Source: Patescibacteria group bacterium
Lineage (GTDB): Bacteria > Patescibacteriota > Microgenomatia > UBA1400 > Chisholmbacteraceae
Length of the DNA stretch: 64,000 nucleotides
Direction: 5' to 3'
Assembly: GCA_022564195.1 (NCBI GenBank)
Contig: JADFLW010000003.1
Coordinates: 12,747-76,746, forward strand
The translations under genes were made by a program, and so were the position numbers. This document shows positions 1-10,014 of this stretch, one piece after another. The notes below the pieces were generated by a model. That model had not been told where the DNA came from, did no database searches, and saw only the letters and a list, made by a program, of their open reading frames with translations. Positions within the stretch are counted from its first letter, which is position 1. Each line of letters starts with the position of its first letter.

Positions 1-276
1 TGCCATCTTCTACCATCGCAGTCCCGATAGCCTATCTGAGGCATTCAGGCAGGCGAAATGGATGGCACAGCGTCCATACAAGCTGGGGATACTAGGTCGC
101 GGGATTACCATGGCACGAACCTCACTACCGATTTCACTGATTGTCGGCGTTGTGAAAGCCGCTCGATACAAAACGCCATCGTTTATCCTTTTCAAAATCG
201 TCGTTGATTTCGCGTCTTTCTTGGGGATCACACGCATGTTCGTTGGGAGACAACGGGTAAAATAATAGACACCACT

Positions 277-1668
277 GTGATGAAGAAAGTAAAGATCAAC
301 ACTATTGGAGCCATCGTTGTCCTGGCGCTGATTCTGCGGCTTATCGCAATCAATCAATCGCTTTGGCTTGATGAGGCAATCAACCTGATCGCTGCCCGCG
401 ACCTGAGTCTGACAGGCTTGCTGTTTACCTACATGATTGGTGATTTTCATCCTCCGCTATTCCACACCATGCTCTGGGGCTGGTTCAAAATTTTTCCTGC
501 AGGTGAAGTATCAGCAAGAATACCGTCAGTGATCTTTGGTGCTGCAACGGTTGTTGTAACATACAACATTGCAAAGTTAGTGACGAAAGGGGAAAAGTAT
601 CAGTCACATATTTCCCGGCTCTCCGCGTTCCTTCTTGCAACATCGGGCCTCCATATCTACTATTCGCAAGAGGCACGGATGTATGCGCTTGCTGCTTTCT
701 TTACAACCCTCACATTCTTTGCTCTCCTTCAACTCAAAGAGGAACCCTCACCACAAAACAAGGCATTGTTTACAGGATCGTTGGTATTGATGCTTCTGTC
801 TGACTATCAACCCTGGTTGCTCCTTCCACTTTTCTTTGTGCTACGCCCGGGCCTCACCGCATTTGCGACACTCATGACACTCCCGTGGTGGCCAATGCTT
901 TCCCGTCAGATTGAGAGAGGATTAGAAACAACCCAAGCCTTCCCTGCTTGGGAGACAGTGGTGGGGACACTTTCAATAAAGTCGGCGCTACTTGTCCCAG
1001 TGAAATTCATGGTCGGTCGAACCTCAATAGACAACAACCTGATCTTCGCTTTGGCTCTGTTGATACCAGTCAGCGTCGTACTGATAAGCATCTTTAAGGC
1101 CTTTCAAAAAAGAAAATGGTATCGACGCGTACTACAGGGCTGGCTTGCTGTTCCGTTTGTTGTTGCGGCAATAGTCTCACTCAAGATCCCAGTATTTTCC
1201 TACTTCCGATTTCTGTTTGTGCTCCCTGTATTTTATTTGTTGATAGCGCTCGGAGTGACACGCTTGTCTGTGAGATACCAGAAGCTTGCAGTCGCTGTGT
1301 TACTTGTGACCAACATTATTTCTGCTGGAGCCTATCTTTTTCTTCCACGGTTCCATAGGGAAGATTGGAGGGGAATGGTTAACTACGTGCAACAACTCGA
1401 TCCAGCTGGTACCTTGGTTGTGTTTCCCAGTCTTGCACAATCAGCAGCATTTGACTATTACAACACCAACCAACTACGAACTCAAGACAAAAAAACCCTG
1501 GATCTTCATGAAAACGCGGGGACAGTGTTTCTTGTAAGATATGTTAGCGAAATCTTTGATCCCGAGAATCAGTTGGTTGAGGCACTACAACGCAATGGGT
1601 TCGAGAAAGTCAGCGAAGTTGCATTCAGGGGTATTCTCATCTGGCAGTATAAACGAGTTGATCTATGA
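277..1668 (+). CDS. Polytopic membrane glycosyltransferase, GT-C fold (PMT_2/ArnT-like)
   Basis: 463-aa ORF with many hydrophobic spans. The first loop LWLDEAINL...GDFHPPLF resembles the DE...HPPL signature of lipid-carrier-dependent PMT/ArnT-type transferases. Start is GTG 277 or ATG 280. Confidence 0.6.
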   Translation: MMKKVKINTIGAIVVLALILRLIAINQSLWLDEAINLIAARDLSLTGLLFTYMIGDFHPPLFHTMLWGWFKIFPAGEVSARIPSVIFGAATVVVTYNIAKLVTKGEKYQSHISRLSAFLLATSGLHIYYSQEARMYALAAFFTTLTFFALLQLKEEPSPQNKALFTGSLVLMLLSDYQPWLLLPLFFVLRPGLTAFATLMTLPWWPMLSRQIERGLETTQAFPAWETVVGTLSIKSALLVPVKFMVGRTSIDNNLIFALALLIPVSVVLISIFKAFQKRKWYRRVLQGWLAVPFVVAAIVSLKIPVFSYFRFLFVLPVFYLLIALGVTRLSVRYQKLAVAVLLVTNIISAGAYLFLPRFHREDWRGMVNYVQQLDPAGTLVVFPSLAQSAAFDYYNTNQLRTQDKKTLDLHENAGTVFLVRYVSEIFDPENQLVEALQRNGFEKVSEVAFRGILIWQYKRVDL

Positions 1669-2795
1669 GAATCGCAATCGACGTGACCGGAAGCATCTAC
1701 AAAGGCACCGGTGTGGCAACATACTACACCAGTCTTATTCCGAAACTGCTCGAGATCGGTGGTGATCACGAATTCATATTGTTTGGATACTCCCTGCGAC
1801 GCTTCGGCGATCTTACTCTTGCACAACGCAAGTTCCTTTTTCCGCCTAGACTTGCAGAGCTCGTTTGGAACAAACTGCATGTCTTCCCGATAGAAAAGCT
1901 GATTGGCAAATGCGACATTCTCCACGCATGGGACTACATCCAGCCACCGACAGAGAAGGCAAAGCTGGTAACGACCATTCACGACCTCACACCACTGAAA
2001 TTCCCAAAACATCAGCATCCAAGGACGCTCTCCGCATACAAGTCGGGGTTGCATTGGGTAGAAAAGCAAGCCGCAGCGGTCATTGCTGATTCCTACTCCA
2101 CGAAGGAAGACATCGTAAATCTTCTCAAGATTCCCGAGAAAAAGGTTCATGTCGTTTATCTTGCGGCACCCCAAGAGTTTCACGCATTTAGAGGTCAACA
2201 TGAGAATACACAAGACGTGAGCGTAGATCAGGTGAAAAGAAAATACGGGATTGAAGGCGAGTACATCTTGTCCGTTGGGACGCAGGAACCACGCAAGAAT
2301 CTTAATCGCACGATCAAAGCCTATGAGGCGCTGAAGATGGACAAATCACTGGCTATCGTGGGTCAGTTTGGATGGGGAAAAAAGATTAGACCCGTGAAGG
2401 GCGTAAAGATCTTAGGATTCGTTCCAACTGAGGACTTGCCGGCGCTCTACGCAGGGGCCTCGTGTTTTGTCTATCCCTCGTTGTATGAAGGCTTTGGTTT
2501 ACCGGTATTGGAGGCGATGGCCGTCGGCTGTCCGGTTGTGACCTCCGATCGGGGGAGCTTAAGAGAAATAGCGGGCGAAGCCGCAGTTGAGGTGAACCCT
2601 GAATCCATAGAAGCCATTGCCTTCGGTATCAGGGTGGCGCTGGAGAGGGGAGAAGAGTTGAGGGAGAAAGGCATAGCCCAGGCCCAGAAGTACACATGGG
2701 AAGCCACTGCCAGGAAAACGCTGGAAGTCTATGAGAAAATAGGCCGCAGAAAAGTTGAAAGGAAGATAAGAAAAAACGGTAATGAAAAAAGCTGA
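1665..2795 (+). CDS. Glycosyltransferase family 4 (GT-B)
   Basis: 376 aa. C-terminal PSLYEGFGLPVLEAMAVGCPVVTSDRGSLREI is the GT4 E-x7-E region. The start overlaps the upstream stop (ATGA). Confidence 0.85.
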   Translation: MRIAIDVTGSIYKGTGVATYYTSLIPKLLEIGGDHEFILFGYSLRRFGDLTLAQRKFLFPPRLAELVWNKLHVFPIEKLIGKCDILHAWDYIQPPTEKAKLVTTIHDLTPLKFPKHQHPRTLSAYKSGLHWVEKQAAAVIADSYSTKEDIVNLLKIPEKKVHVVYLAAPQEFHAFRGQHENTQDVSVDQVKRKYGIEGEYILSVGTQEPRKNLNRTIKAYEALKMDKSLAIVGQFGWGKKIRPVKGVKILGFVPTEDLPALYAGASCFVYPSLYEGFGLPVLEAMAVGCPVVTSDRGSLREIAGEAAVEVNPESIEAIAFGIRVALERGEELREKGIAQAQKYTWEATARKTLEVYEKIGRRKVERKIRKNGNEKS

Positions 2796-3098
2796 AACCA
2801 AACAACTCGAAGATATCCTCTATGTTGCCCAACTTGCCGCGATGGAAGCAGGCGATTATGCCCTGGAACATTTTATGAGGGTGCATGTCTTAAAAGAAAA
2901 ACCGATGTCAATAGATGAGGTGACCTCATGGCACGTCGCTTCGATCACCCAGCCGGAGCGCTTTTCATCAAGGAAGTAGGAGGGAAAGTTTCAGATACAG
3001 AAGGAAGACCCATCGATTGGAGAGAAACGAAACCGGTCCACATCGTTGCCAGTAACGGCACAATTCACAAGCGATTTTTACAAGTTCTCAAGGAGTAG
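2782..3098 (+). pseudogene. Inositol-monophosphatase-family (SuhB-like) gene remnant; N- and C-terminal pieces in different frames, core missing
   Basis: The 2782-2979 frame starts like an IMPase N-terminus (LEDILYVAQLAAMEAGDYALEHF). A second frame (ATG 2928 to stop 3096-3098) reads MARRFDHPAGALFIKEVGGKVSDTEGRPIDW...VASNGTIHKRFLQVLKE, the WD..AG..L..EAGG..TD / ASNG C-terminal signature. About 150 aa of metal-binding core between them is absent. Confidence 0.5.
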
Positions 3099-3111
3099 GA
3101 ATCGAGAAAGT

Positions 3112-3151
3112 TCTTCTTCTTCGAACAGCGGCCGCAGTGCTGAGAAGAAGA
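3112..3151. terminator. Hairpin between convergent genes
   Basis: 9-bp stem tcttcttct (3112-3120) / agaagaaga (3143-3151) with a 22-nt loop containing gcggccgc. No clear U-tract, so weak. Confidence 0.25.
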
Positions 3152-3291
3152 GAATCAAGGTAGGAAGACAAGGTTCAATAAAGCAGTTTCGAAATGGAAG
3201 ATATTCCAAGAATATACATTGTAGGTAACACGAGAAGAAGGTAGCGAGGGAAGACAACGTGGGTAGATTGAAAAAGAAGATAGATGAGAAT

Positions 3292-4272
3292 TCATCCGAG
3301 AAGAATCTGTGGAGGCTTCAAAGGCAATCTTCGGAATTCTTTTTTCACCAGCAGAGAAAAAGTAGCCAAAATGGCGAGCGGCCAAGCGATCCAATACTCG
3401 GCAACTGGCTGAATCGGGGGTGTTGCGAACCAGGTCCGCCATTTTCCTAAGAAAAGAATCCTCCATATCTCAAACCAGGGATATTCCGGTAAGTACGATC
3501 GATAAAGCCTGGCGATCTTGATATGAAGCGACAAAAAATCCAAAGGAGAGTGAAAAAGAAAAAAGACTGCATAGGAAAGAAGATAGACAGAGAAACTCGA
3601 AGCCGCTACCGAAAAGAGTGCATGTCGCAACTGAGGCACGCGTTTAAGTACCAAGACCACAAGGACAAAAGCCAGAAGCAGCAATCCAGTGAACACAACT
3701 TTAGTTGCCATTGCCAACCCCACGGCAGCGCCAAGAAGCAAGAGGCGTTTTCTTGAGAAGCGTGACCGAGTAAGTAAGGAAAGAGCAAGAAGCACGAACA
3801 CAAGCTGAGGAAGATCCAGATTTACGCTCGTGCTTCGCTCAAGAAACAGTGGATCGAAGACCAAAACAAGTGAGGGAAGAAGATTCAATGGAGTTGAGAC
3901 TGCAACGCGCCGAGCAAGAAGATAAGTGAGGAATACAACCACAAGACTTGCCACAAACTGCACAATCAGAATGTTGCCGAAGGCCAAGATCGAAACTCCA
4001 AAAAGGTATTTGACTAATGGAGGATCTTCGAAGTTAACGACAGAGGGATCTTTTCCGCGAATGTACTCTAAAGCCGCGAATGTCCGAAGGTCTTCGTCGC
4101 TCATGTTGCCGAAGAACTCGTATCCTTGCCCCAAGTTGTATTGTGAATGCAGCCAGATTTGGCGAAGCCGCTCATTGTCGGTGATTTGCATAGGGACATT
4201 TGAGAACGAAAAGACAAGCTTCACGGCAATGACCAATGTAAGAACAAGAGTTGCGACATGCGCTTTTTTCAT
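3292..4272 (-). CDS. Membrane glycosyltransferase, GT-C/PMT_2-like (short form)
   Basis: The ORF track gives 359 aa from 4371. I prefer ATG 4272 (MKKAHVATLVL...) because the extension runs into the divergent gene at 4341. The loop DEDLRTFAALEYIRGKDPSVVNFEDPPLVKYLFG resembles the DE...PPL loop of PMT_2 enzymes. Multiple TM spans. Confidence 0.55.
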   Translation of the reverse strand: MKKAHVATLVLTLVIAVKLVFSFSNVPMQITDNERLRQIWLHSQYNLGQGYEFFGNMSDEDLRTFAALEYIRGKDPSVVNFEDPPLVKYLFGVSILAFGNILIVQFVASLVVVFLTYLLARRVAVSTPLNLLPSLVLVFDPLFLERSTSVNLDLPQLVFVLLALSLLTRSRFSRKRLLLLGAAVGLAMATKVVFTGLLLLAFVLVVLVLKRVPQLRHALFSVAASSFSVYLLSYAVFFLFHSPLDFLSLHIKIARLYRSYLPEYPWFEIWRILFLGKWRTWFATPPIQPVAEYWIAWPLAILATFSLLVKKEFRRLPLKPPQILLG

Positions 4273-4324
4273 CGGCAAGATAGAGTATACACAAGCCCCA
4301 CAATATCCCTGCCACACTCCGTGG

Positions 4325-4333
4325 TGATATACT
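4325..4333 (+). promoter_or_regulatory. Extended -10 (TGaTATACT) 7 nt upstream of ATG 4341; possible leaderless mRNA
   Basis: TG-n-TATACT read directly. The gap to the start codon is 7 nt and there is no SD. Confidence 0.4.
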
Positions 4334-4340
4334 TTAAAGG

Positions 4341-5453
4341 ATGCATCTTGGAATAGACGGCAACGAGGCAAACATCAAACGTCGAGTTGGAAGCAATATC
4401 TACGCCTACGAGCTGCTTTCGTGGTTTCAAAAGTTGGACAAAAAGAGCAATTTCACCATCTATTTGAAGTCACAACCTCTAGATGATCTGCCTAAACCTC
4501 AAGAGAATTGGCAGTACCGTGTTATAAAACCCACTACACTCTGGACGCGCTGGCGATTGCCGCTGGATCTTTACTTGCATCGACCAAAACCCAATGTCTT
4601 TTTCACACCCGGACATTATGCTCCAAAATTCTGCCCAGCACCATTTGCGATTGCTATTATGGATCTCTCTTTCATCCATTTTCCAGAAATGTTTCGTAAG
4701 CAAGACCTCTATAAACTCACCAACTGGTCACGTGATTCAATCCTCCGTGCCGATCACATTTTCACGATCTCGAATTTTAGCAAGGATGATATAATCAAGA
4801 ACTATTCTGTTCCAGAGGAGAAAGTAACGGTAACCTACCCGGGGTTCGATCAAGAAAGATTCGGTAGGAGGATAAGCCCTCAAGAGATCGAGAGGATAAA
4901 AAAAAGGTACAATATCGTTGGGGATTACCTACTCTATGTTGGTACACTACAACCCAGGAAGAACTTGACAAGATTAATCCGAGCCTTCGCTCAGATAAAA
5001 GGTACACATCACAGTCTCGTCATCGCTGGAAAGAAAGGTTGGCTCTATTCGAAAATCCTTGATGAAGGAAAACAACTCGGGGTAGAAGACAGGGTGCGCT
5101 TTATCGGATACGTCACTAACAAGGATGCGCCGGCACTCATGAGTGGCGCAGAAGCTCTGGTCTTGGTGAGCCTCTATGAAGGATTCGGTATTCCGGTTCT
5201 AGAAGCCATGGCACTAGGAATCCCGACGGTCATCTCAGGCACCTCAAGCTTGCCAGAGATAGCAGGGGAAGTAGGAATAATGGTAGATCCCAAAGATGTG
5301 AAAAGCATAACCAGAGGTCTTGATCAGGCAATTCAATTAAATGAATTCCAGAGAAAAGAGAACGCCGTGAAAAGTAAAGTACAAGCAAAGAAGTTTACTT
5401 GGAAGCAAGCAGCCGAGAAAACACTGGAGGTGCTCTATGAGCTCGCCGTTTAA
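4341..5453 (+). CDS. Glycosyltransferase family 4
   Basis: 370 aa with VSLYEGFGIPVLEAMALGIPTVISGTSSLPEI. Confidence 0.85.
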   Translation: MHLGIDGNEANIKRRVGSNIYAYELLSWFQKLDKKSNFTIYLKSQPLDDLPKPQENWQYRVIKPTTLWTRWRLPLDLYLHRPKPNVFFTPGHYAPKFCPAPFAIAIMDLSFIHFPEMFRKQDLYKLTNWSRDSILRADHIFTISNFSKDDIIKNYSVPEEKVTVTYPGFDQERFGRRISPQEIERIKKRYNIVGDYLLYVGTLQPRKNLTRLIRAFAQIKGTHHSLVIAGKKGWLYSKILDEGKQLGVEDRVRFIGYVTNKDAPALMSGAEALVLVSLYEGFGIPVLEAMALGIPTVISGTSSLPEIAGEVGIMVDPKDVKSITRGLDQAIQLNEFQRKENAVKSKVQAKKFTWKQAAEKTLEVLYELAV

Positions 5454-6042
5454 AGATAGAATGGGGAACCAATTGACTTGGAAGGAGGCAATCCCGAAAA
5501 TTGGATTTCGTTTCCAAAGTTACTATCTTGAATTCTTGACAGCACTTCTTTGGTGGTTGGGCTTCCTGCCATCTCACACGGTAAGAAAACTCCTTTTGAA
5601 AGCCGCTGGCATGAAAATCGGGAAGAAATCCTATATCCATATTGGCTTGAGGACTTATGACCCGAGAAATATCACGATTGGTGAGGGGACTATCGTTGGC
5701 GATTACGCTACCCTAGATGGAAGGGACATGTTAGAAATTGGGAATCATGTTGATATTGCATCAGGAGTCATGATCTTCAATGGAAGCCGCGATATCCACA
5801 CAGAAGACTTTACGCTCGTTTTAAAACCAGTCAAGATCGGAAATTATGTATTCATTGGACCAAGAGCAATTATTCTCCCGGGCGTGACAGTCGGGGATGG
5901 TGCAGTCATCGGGGCTGGAGCGGTAGTAACAAAAGATGTCTCGCCAAAAACATTAGTAGGCGGTGTCCCCGCCAAAAAGATTCGAGATCGAGACGTGAAG
6001 GAATTGAAATACCGCTTGGGAAGGGCCAGACTATTTTTCTGA
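5437..6042 (+). CDS. Left-handed beta-helix (hexapeptide-repeat) acetyltransferase with N-terminal TM segment
   Basis: Hexapeptide-like repeats IGEGTIVGDYATLDG and IGPRAIILPGVTVGDGAVIGAGAVV, as in the WbbJ/LacA/CysE class. Confidence 0.8.
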   Translation: MSSPFKDRMGNQLTWKEAIPKIGFRFQSYYLEFLTALLWWLGFLPSHTVRKLLLKAAGMKIGKKSYIHIGLRTYDPRNITIGEGTIVGDYATLDGRDMLEIGNHVDIASGVMIFNGSRDIHTEDFTLVLKPVKIGNYVFIGPRAIILPGVTVGDGAVIGAGAVVTKDVSPKTLVGGVPAKKIRDRDVKELKYRLGRARLFF

Positions 6043-6117
6043 TATGAACCGATATCCATAGCCGTATTCTTATTCCTCTTCAAACTTGATGCCACCTACG
6101 GAGCGTAAGTTTTAGCC

Positions 6118-7005
6118 ATGCAACTTACCATAATTATCGTAAGCTTCAACACCAAGGATCTCCTTAGAAAGGCAGTGAAGTCAATACCCACAAAGCCCGA
6201 TTGGGAAGTGATCGTCGTTGACAACGCCTCAACCGATGGATCCGTTGAGATGCTCAAAGAGGAATTTCCTGGTGTAAAGCTCATCACAAACAGCGAAAAT
6301 CTAGGATTTGCCAAAGCAAACAACCAGGGGATCAAAACGTCCTCTGGGAAATTTGTTCTACTGCTGAACTCAGATACCCAAGTGAAAAAGGATGCATTAG
6401 AGCAGCTGGTTGAGTTTATGCAAAAAAATCCGCAAGTTGGCATCGCAAGCGGGCAACTGTTAAATCCCGACGGATCCATACAACCGCAAGGAGGTTATCT
6501 CCCACACCTTTCCAATATAGCCTTCTGGATGCTGTTTATCGATGACATCCCCGCGATTGGTAAGTATCTTTGGCCATATCACATCACCGATCGTAAAAAA
6601 TTCACAACAGAGCGCCGAATTGGGTGGGTCGGGGGAACAGCAATGATGATAAAAAGGGTAGTCTTGGAAAAAGTTGGGCTACTTGACGAGGAAATTTTCA
6701 TGTACGCCGAAGATGTTGAGTTCTGTTTAAGAGCGCAGGAAGCAGGTTTCCTCGTTGCGATCTCCCCTTTGTCAAAAATCATCCACTACGGGCAGCAAAG
6801 CAGTGGCGGAGCTCCTTCTGCTGCGTGGCTGGGGGAGTACAAGGGGATAAAATACATTTTCAAAAAACACAAACCTAGCTGGGAATATCCCATCGTGAGA
6901 TTGTTGTTGAAACTCGGAGCACTACTGAGGATGGGCATCTTTGGTATACTTCAAGGCAGAAAGGACGCGTATGAAGCGTATAAAAAAGCTCTTCAGTTGG
7001 CTTGA
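6118..7005 (+). CDS. Glycosyltransferase family 2 (GT-A)
   Basis: LTIIIVSFNTKDLL...VVDNASTDGS...LLLNSDT signature. Confidence 0.85.
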   Translation: MQLTIIIVSFNTKDLLRKAVKSIPTKPDWEVIVVDNASTDGSVEMLKEEFPGVKLITNSENLGFAKANNQGIKTSSGKFVLLLNSDTQVKKDALEQLVEFMQKNPQVGIASGQLLNPDGSIQPQGGYLPHLSNIAFWMLFIDDIPAIGKYLWPYHITDRKKFTTERRIGWVGGTAMMIKRVVLEKVGLLDEEIFMYAEDVEFCLRAQEAGFLVAISPLSKIIHYGQQSSGGAPSAAWLGEYKGIKYIFKKHKPSWEYPIVRLLLKLGALLRMGIFGILQGRKDAYEAYKKALQLA

Positions 7006-8569
7006 CAAGCACATCCTTGAACTACTTTCAGGCCTCCTTTTAGTGTTCATCCCCCTTTATCCGAAATGGCCACTGCTGGATGTGCTCCCAGGCTACATCG
7101 TTCGTCTGCGCCTGGAGGATTTCCTCATTGCCGGCGTCCTCGCCGTGTTTTTAGTTCAGTTATTGCGGAAAAAAGTAAGCGTAAGAGAAAATCCGCTGGC
7201 ACTGCCGATTCTTCTCTATTTAGGAATCGGACTGCTTTCTTCGATTTCAGCGCTTTTCATAACAAAAACTGTTCCCCTGGAAAGAATCCACGTTGCAAAA
7301 TTGTTTCTCCATTGGGCGAGACGAGTCGAGTACATGTCTCTTGCTTTCGTTTTCTTCTCAGCTTTGAAAACGACTCGACAAGTAAGACGGATGGTTACCA
7401 TTCTGGCTCTGGTGATGGTGACAATCACGCTCTACGGGTTTGGGCAGAAGTACTTCCAGTGGCCGGTGTACTCGACAATGAACAGAGAATTTGCCAAAGG
7501 ATGGCGGTTGGTCCTCACTGAAAATGCCAGAGTCCCCTCAACATTCGCAGGCCACTACGACTTTGCAGCCTACAACGTAATCATTCTTGCAGTGCTGGCA
7601 GGCTTGATGTTTCACGGCTCCAAAGCCAGAGTCTCCAAAATAATTATCATCGTCTTCATCGCCGGTTTTGCATCTCTGCTTCTTACCGCCTCAAGGACAT
7701 CATTCATAGCATACTTGGTTGCAGTGAGTGTCGTGATTTTCGCGTTATCATTTCGATACAGCCTAAAGTGGGCAGCAACGCGGTGGGTAGGATTTGTGGC
7801 CCTCAGTCTCATTGGCATGTTGTTCTTCGGAGACCTCTCTCAAAGATTCGAGCATTTTCTCAAACTTGGTCGGATAAAAGACTACATCGCTTTCGAAATA
7901 TTGAATCTGAAGAGTCAAGAACAAGAAAAGGTTAGTCAAACGCAAGTATCTCAAGATTTGGCGCTGGTGTACACAGAAACGGACCAACCTCCAATCCCAG
8001 CAGAGCCAGTTGAGCTCCCGCCTGGGGTGTTTGAGTATATTCCGGAGGCCTTTCCTGAAGCAACCCTCTCAGCGGATGCAGGTCCAGAGGTTGCCACGCT
8101 TGTCGGAAAACCAAGAACCTATTCACCAGCTGCGTTTACCTTCGGATTATCATCAGCAATCCGATTCGATGCGCTCTGGCCCAGGGCATGGAAAGGATTC
8201 TTGAGGAATCCACTGCTCGGAACAGGATATTCAACACTGACCAAGACGCAGCTGACGGAGTTCACCGAAGCAGAGTCGACAGATAACGACTTCTTGCGAG
8301 CCTTAGGCGAAACTGGGATTTTAGGGTTCATGAGCTTCTTTGGAATCTTAGGGTTCGCGCTCGTGACACTCTGGAAAAAGAGAAAGGCAATAGAGGACCC
8401 GTTCTTGTTTGCGCTGACAACAGGAATCGGAGGAGCAATCGTCGGCATGCTCGTCAATGGCCTGTATATAGACGTATTCGAAGCCTCAAAAGTCGCATAC
8501 ACGTTTTGGGCGATGATGGGAATATTATTTGCCTCAATCAGAATAGCAACGAAAAAATCAGTAAAATGA
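6971..8569 (+). CDS. O-antigen ligase/polymerase-like (Wzy_C-type) polytopic membrane protein
   Basis: About 10 hydrophobic spans. TASRTSFIAYLVA and NPLLGTGYST loops resemble the O-antigen-ligase domain. ATG 6971 (MKRIKKLF) preferred to the track start 6941. Confidence 0.65.
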   Translation: MKRIKKLFSWLDKHILELLSGLLLVFIPLYPKWPLLDVLPGYIVRLRLEDFLIAGVLAVFLVQLLRKKVSVRENPLALPILLYLGIGLLSSISALFITKTVPLERIHVAKLFLHWARRVEYMSLAFVFFSALKTTRQVRRMVTILALVMVTITLYGFGQKYFQWPVYSTMNREFAKGWRLVLTENARVPSTFAGHYDFAAYNVIILAVLAGLMFHGSKARVSKIIIIVFIAGFASLLLTASRTSFIAYLVAVSVVIFALSFRYSLKWAATRWVGFVALSLIGMLFFGDLSQRFEHFLKLGRIKDYIAFEILNLKSQEQEKVSQTQVSQDLALVYTETDQPPIPAEPVELPPGVFEYIPEAFPEATLSADAGPEVATLVGKPRTYSPAAFTFGLSSAIRFDALWPRAWKGFLRNPLLGTGYSTLTKTQLTEFTEAESTDNDFLRALGETGILGFMSFFGILGFALVTLWKKRKAIEDPFLFALTTGIGGAIVGMLVNGLYIDVFEASKVAYTFWAMMGILFASIRIATKKSVK

Positions 8570-10014
8570 ATACAGAAATTGTCCAAAATAAAAAAGAGTA
8601 TTTCTTAATCTCAATAATATTGGTTTTTGCCGTAATAACAAGACTTTATAGAATAAATTCCCCGCTCGCTGACTGGCACTCATGGAGGCAAGCCGATACT
8701 TCAGCGGTAACAAGAAGATTCGTAAATGAAGGCATAGACGTACTTCATCCACGCTATGACGATCTCTCAAATATCCCTTCTGGTAGGGACAATCCGAATG
8801 GATGGCGATTTGTCGAGTTTCCGTTTGTCAATGCCGGGACAGCTGTGCTGTACAAAGCACTTCCGGTAATTTCTCTCGAAGTTTGGGGCAGACTGCACTC
8901 AATTATGTTCTCGCTTGGGGCCGTCGTGCTGATCTTTCTTATTGTCAGAGACTTGGTAAGCGCACGCATTGGCTTGTTTGCAAGCGCGGTGTTTGCCCTT
9001 TTACCCTTTAACATCTACTTCCACCGGACAATCTTACCGGAAGTACCAATGGTGTTCTTTTCGCTTGCAGCTGTGTACTTTTTTCATCGTTGGTTGGAAA
9101 CCAAAAAATCCCGTGATTTCGCCCTTTCTGTCGCAGCTTCTGCCTTAGGGGTGCTGCTCAAACCATACGTGCTGTTTTTAGGATTGCCGATGCTGTATCT
9201 CACATACAGAAAGTGGGGAAGAGCAGCAGCAAAACAAAAATCGCTCTATCTTTACCTAGTACTTACGTTGATGCCTTTTGTGCTTTGGCGTCTTTGGGCA
9301 GCAAGATTCCCGGAAGGAATTCCCGCCTATACATGGCTGTTGAATGGAACGGGGATACGATTCAGACCCGCTTTTTTTCGCTGGATTTTTGCCGAACGAT
9401 TCGGAAAGCTCATTTTAGGATACTGGGGGCTGATTCCTTTCGGCATCGGTCTCATTCGCAAGCCTCGAGAAAAATGGGGCTGGTTTTTCCATTGGTGGCT
9501 GGTCGCAATGCTCCTCTATCTCGTGGTCTTTGCAACGGGCAACGTCACCCACGATTACTACCAAATCTTCATCACCCCGATCATCGCAATCTTCGTCGCC
9601 CTCGGCATAGACGGTTTACTCAGGATGCCCCGGAAAGTGTTCAGCCGTGGGCTCACGCTTGCACTGCTCCTCGTTTCTCTGGGATTCGGGCTCGGATTCT
9701 CATGGTTTCACATCCGTGATTTTTTTAACATCAATCACCCAGAAATTGTTTCCGCAGGCGAAGCAGCCAATAAAATACTTCCCGAGAACGCAATAGTGAT
9801 AGCACCCTATCAAGGAGATACCGCATTCTTATACCAGATCAATAGACCTGGCTGGCCAATCGGAGGTGATATAAAAAGGAAAATTGAGCTCGGGGCAACC
9901 GACTACGTCACCGTGAATTTCGACGAAGAGGCGAATTTTCTTTTGGAGCGTTGTAAGCCTGCACTACAACTCGAGCAGTTTGCCATCGTAAGTCTTCTAC
10001 ACTGCTCGCTATGA
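8566..10014 (+). CDS. Polytopic membrane glycosyltransferase, GT-C fold (ArnT/PMT family)
   Basis: ATG 8566 overlaps the upstream stop (ATGA). N-terminal RLYRINSPLADWHSWRQADTSAVTRRF and at least 9 TM spans. Confidence 0.65.
   Translation: MNTEIVQNKKEYFLISIILVFAVITRLYRINSPLADWHSWRQADTSAVTRRFVNEGIDVLHPRYDDLSNIPSGRDNPNGWRFVEFPFVNAGTAVLYKALPVISLEVWGRLHSIMFSLGAVVLIFLIVRDLVSARIGLFASAVFALLPFNIYFHRTILPEVPMVFFSLAAVYFFHRWLETKKSRDFALSVAASALGVLLKPYVLFLGLPMLYLTYRKWGRAAAKQKSLYLYLVLTLMPFVLWRLWAARFPEGIPAYTWLLNGTGIRFRPAFFRWIFAERFGKLILGYWGLIPFGIGLIRKPREKWGWFFHWWLVAMLLYLVVFATGNVTHDYYQIFITPIIAIFVALGIDGLLRMPRKVFSRGLTLALLLVSLGFGLGFSWFHIRDFFNINHPEIVSAGEAANKILPENAIVIAPYQGDTAFLYQINRPGWPIGGDIKRKIELGATDYVTVNFDEEANFLLERCKPALQLEQFAIVSLLHCSL

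Noticed and set aside
10-450. 146-aa minus-strand ORF and 67-aa plus-strand ORF (62-265) at the window start.
   Set aside because: The long version overlaps the GT-C gene. A shorter 75-aa minus-strand version (start around 237) cannot be excluded, but it has no recognisable motif and sits at the window edge.
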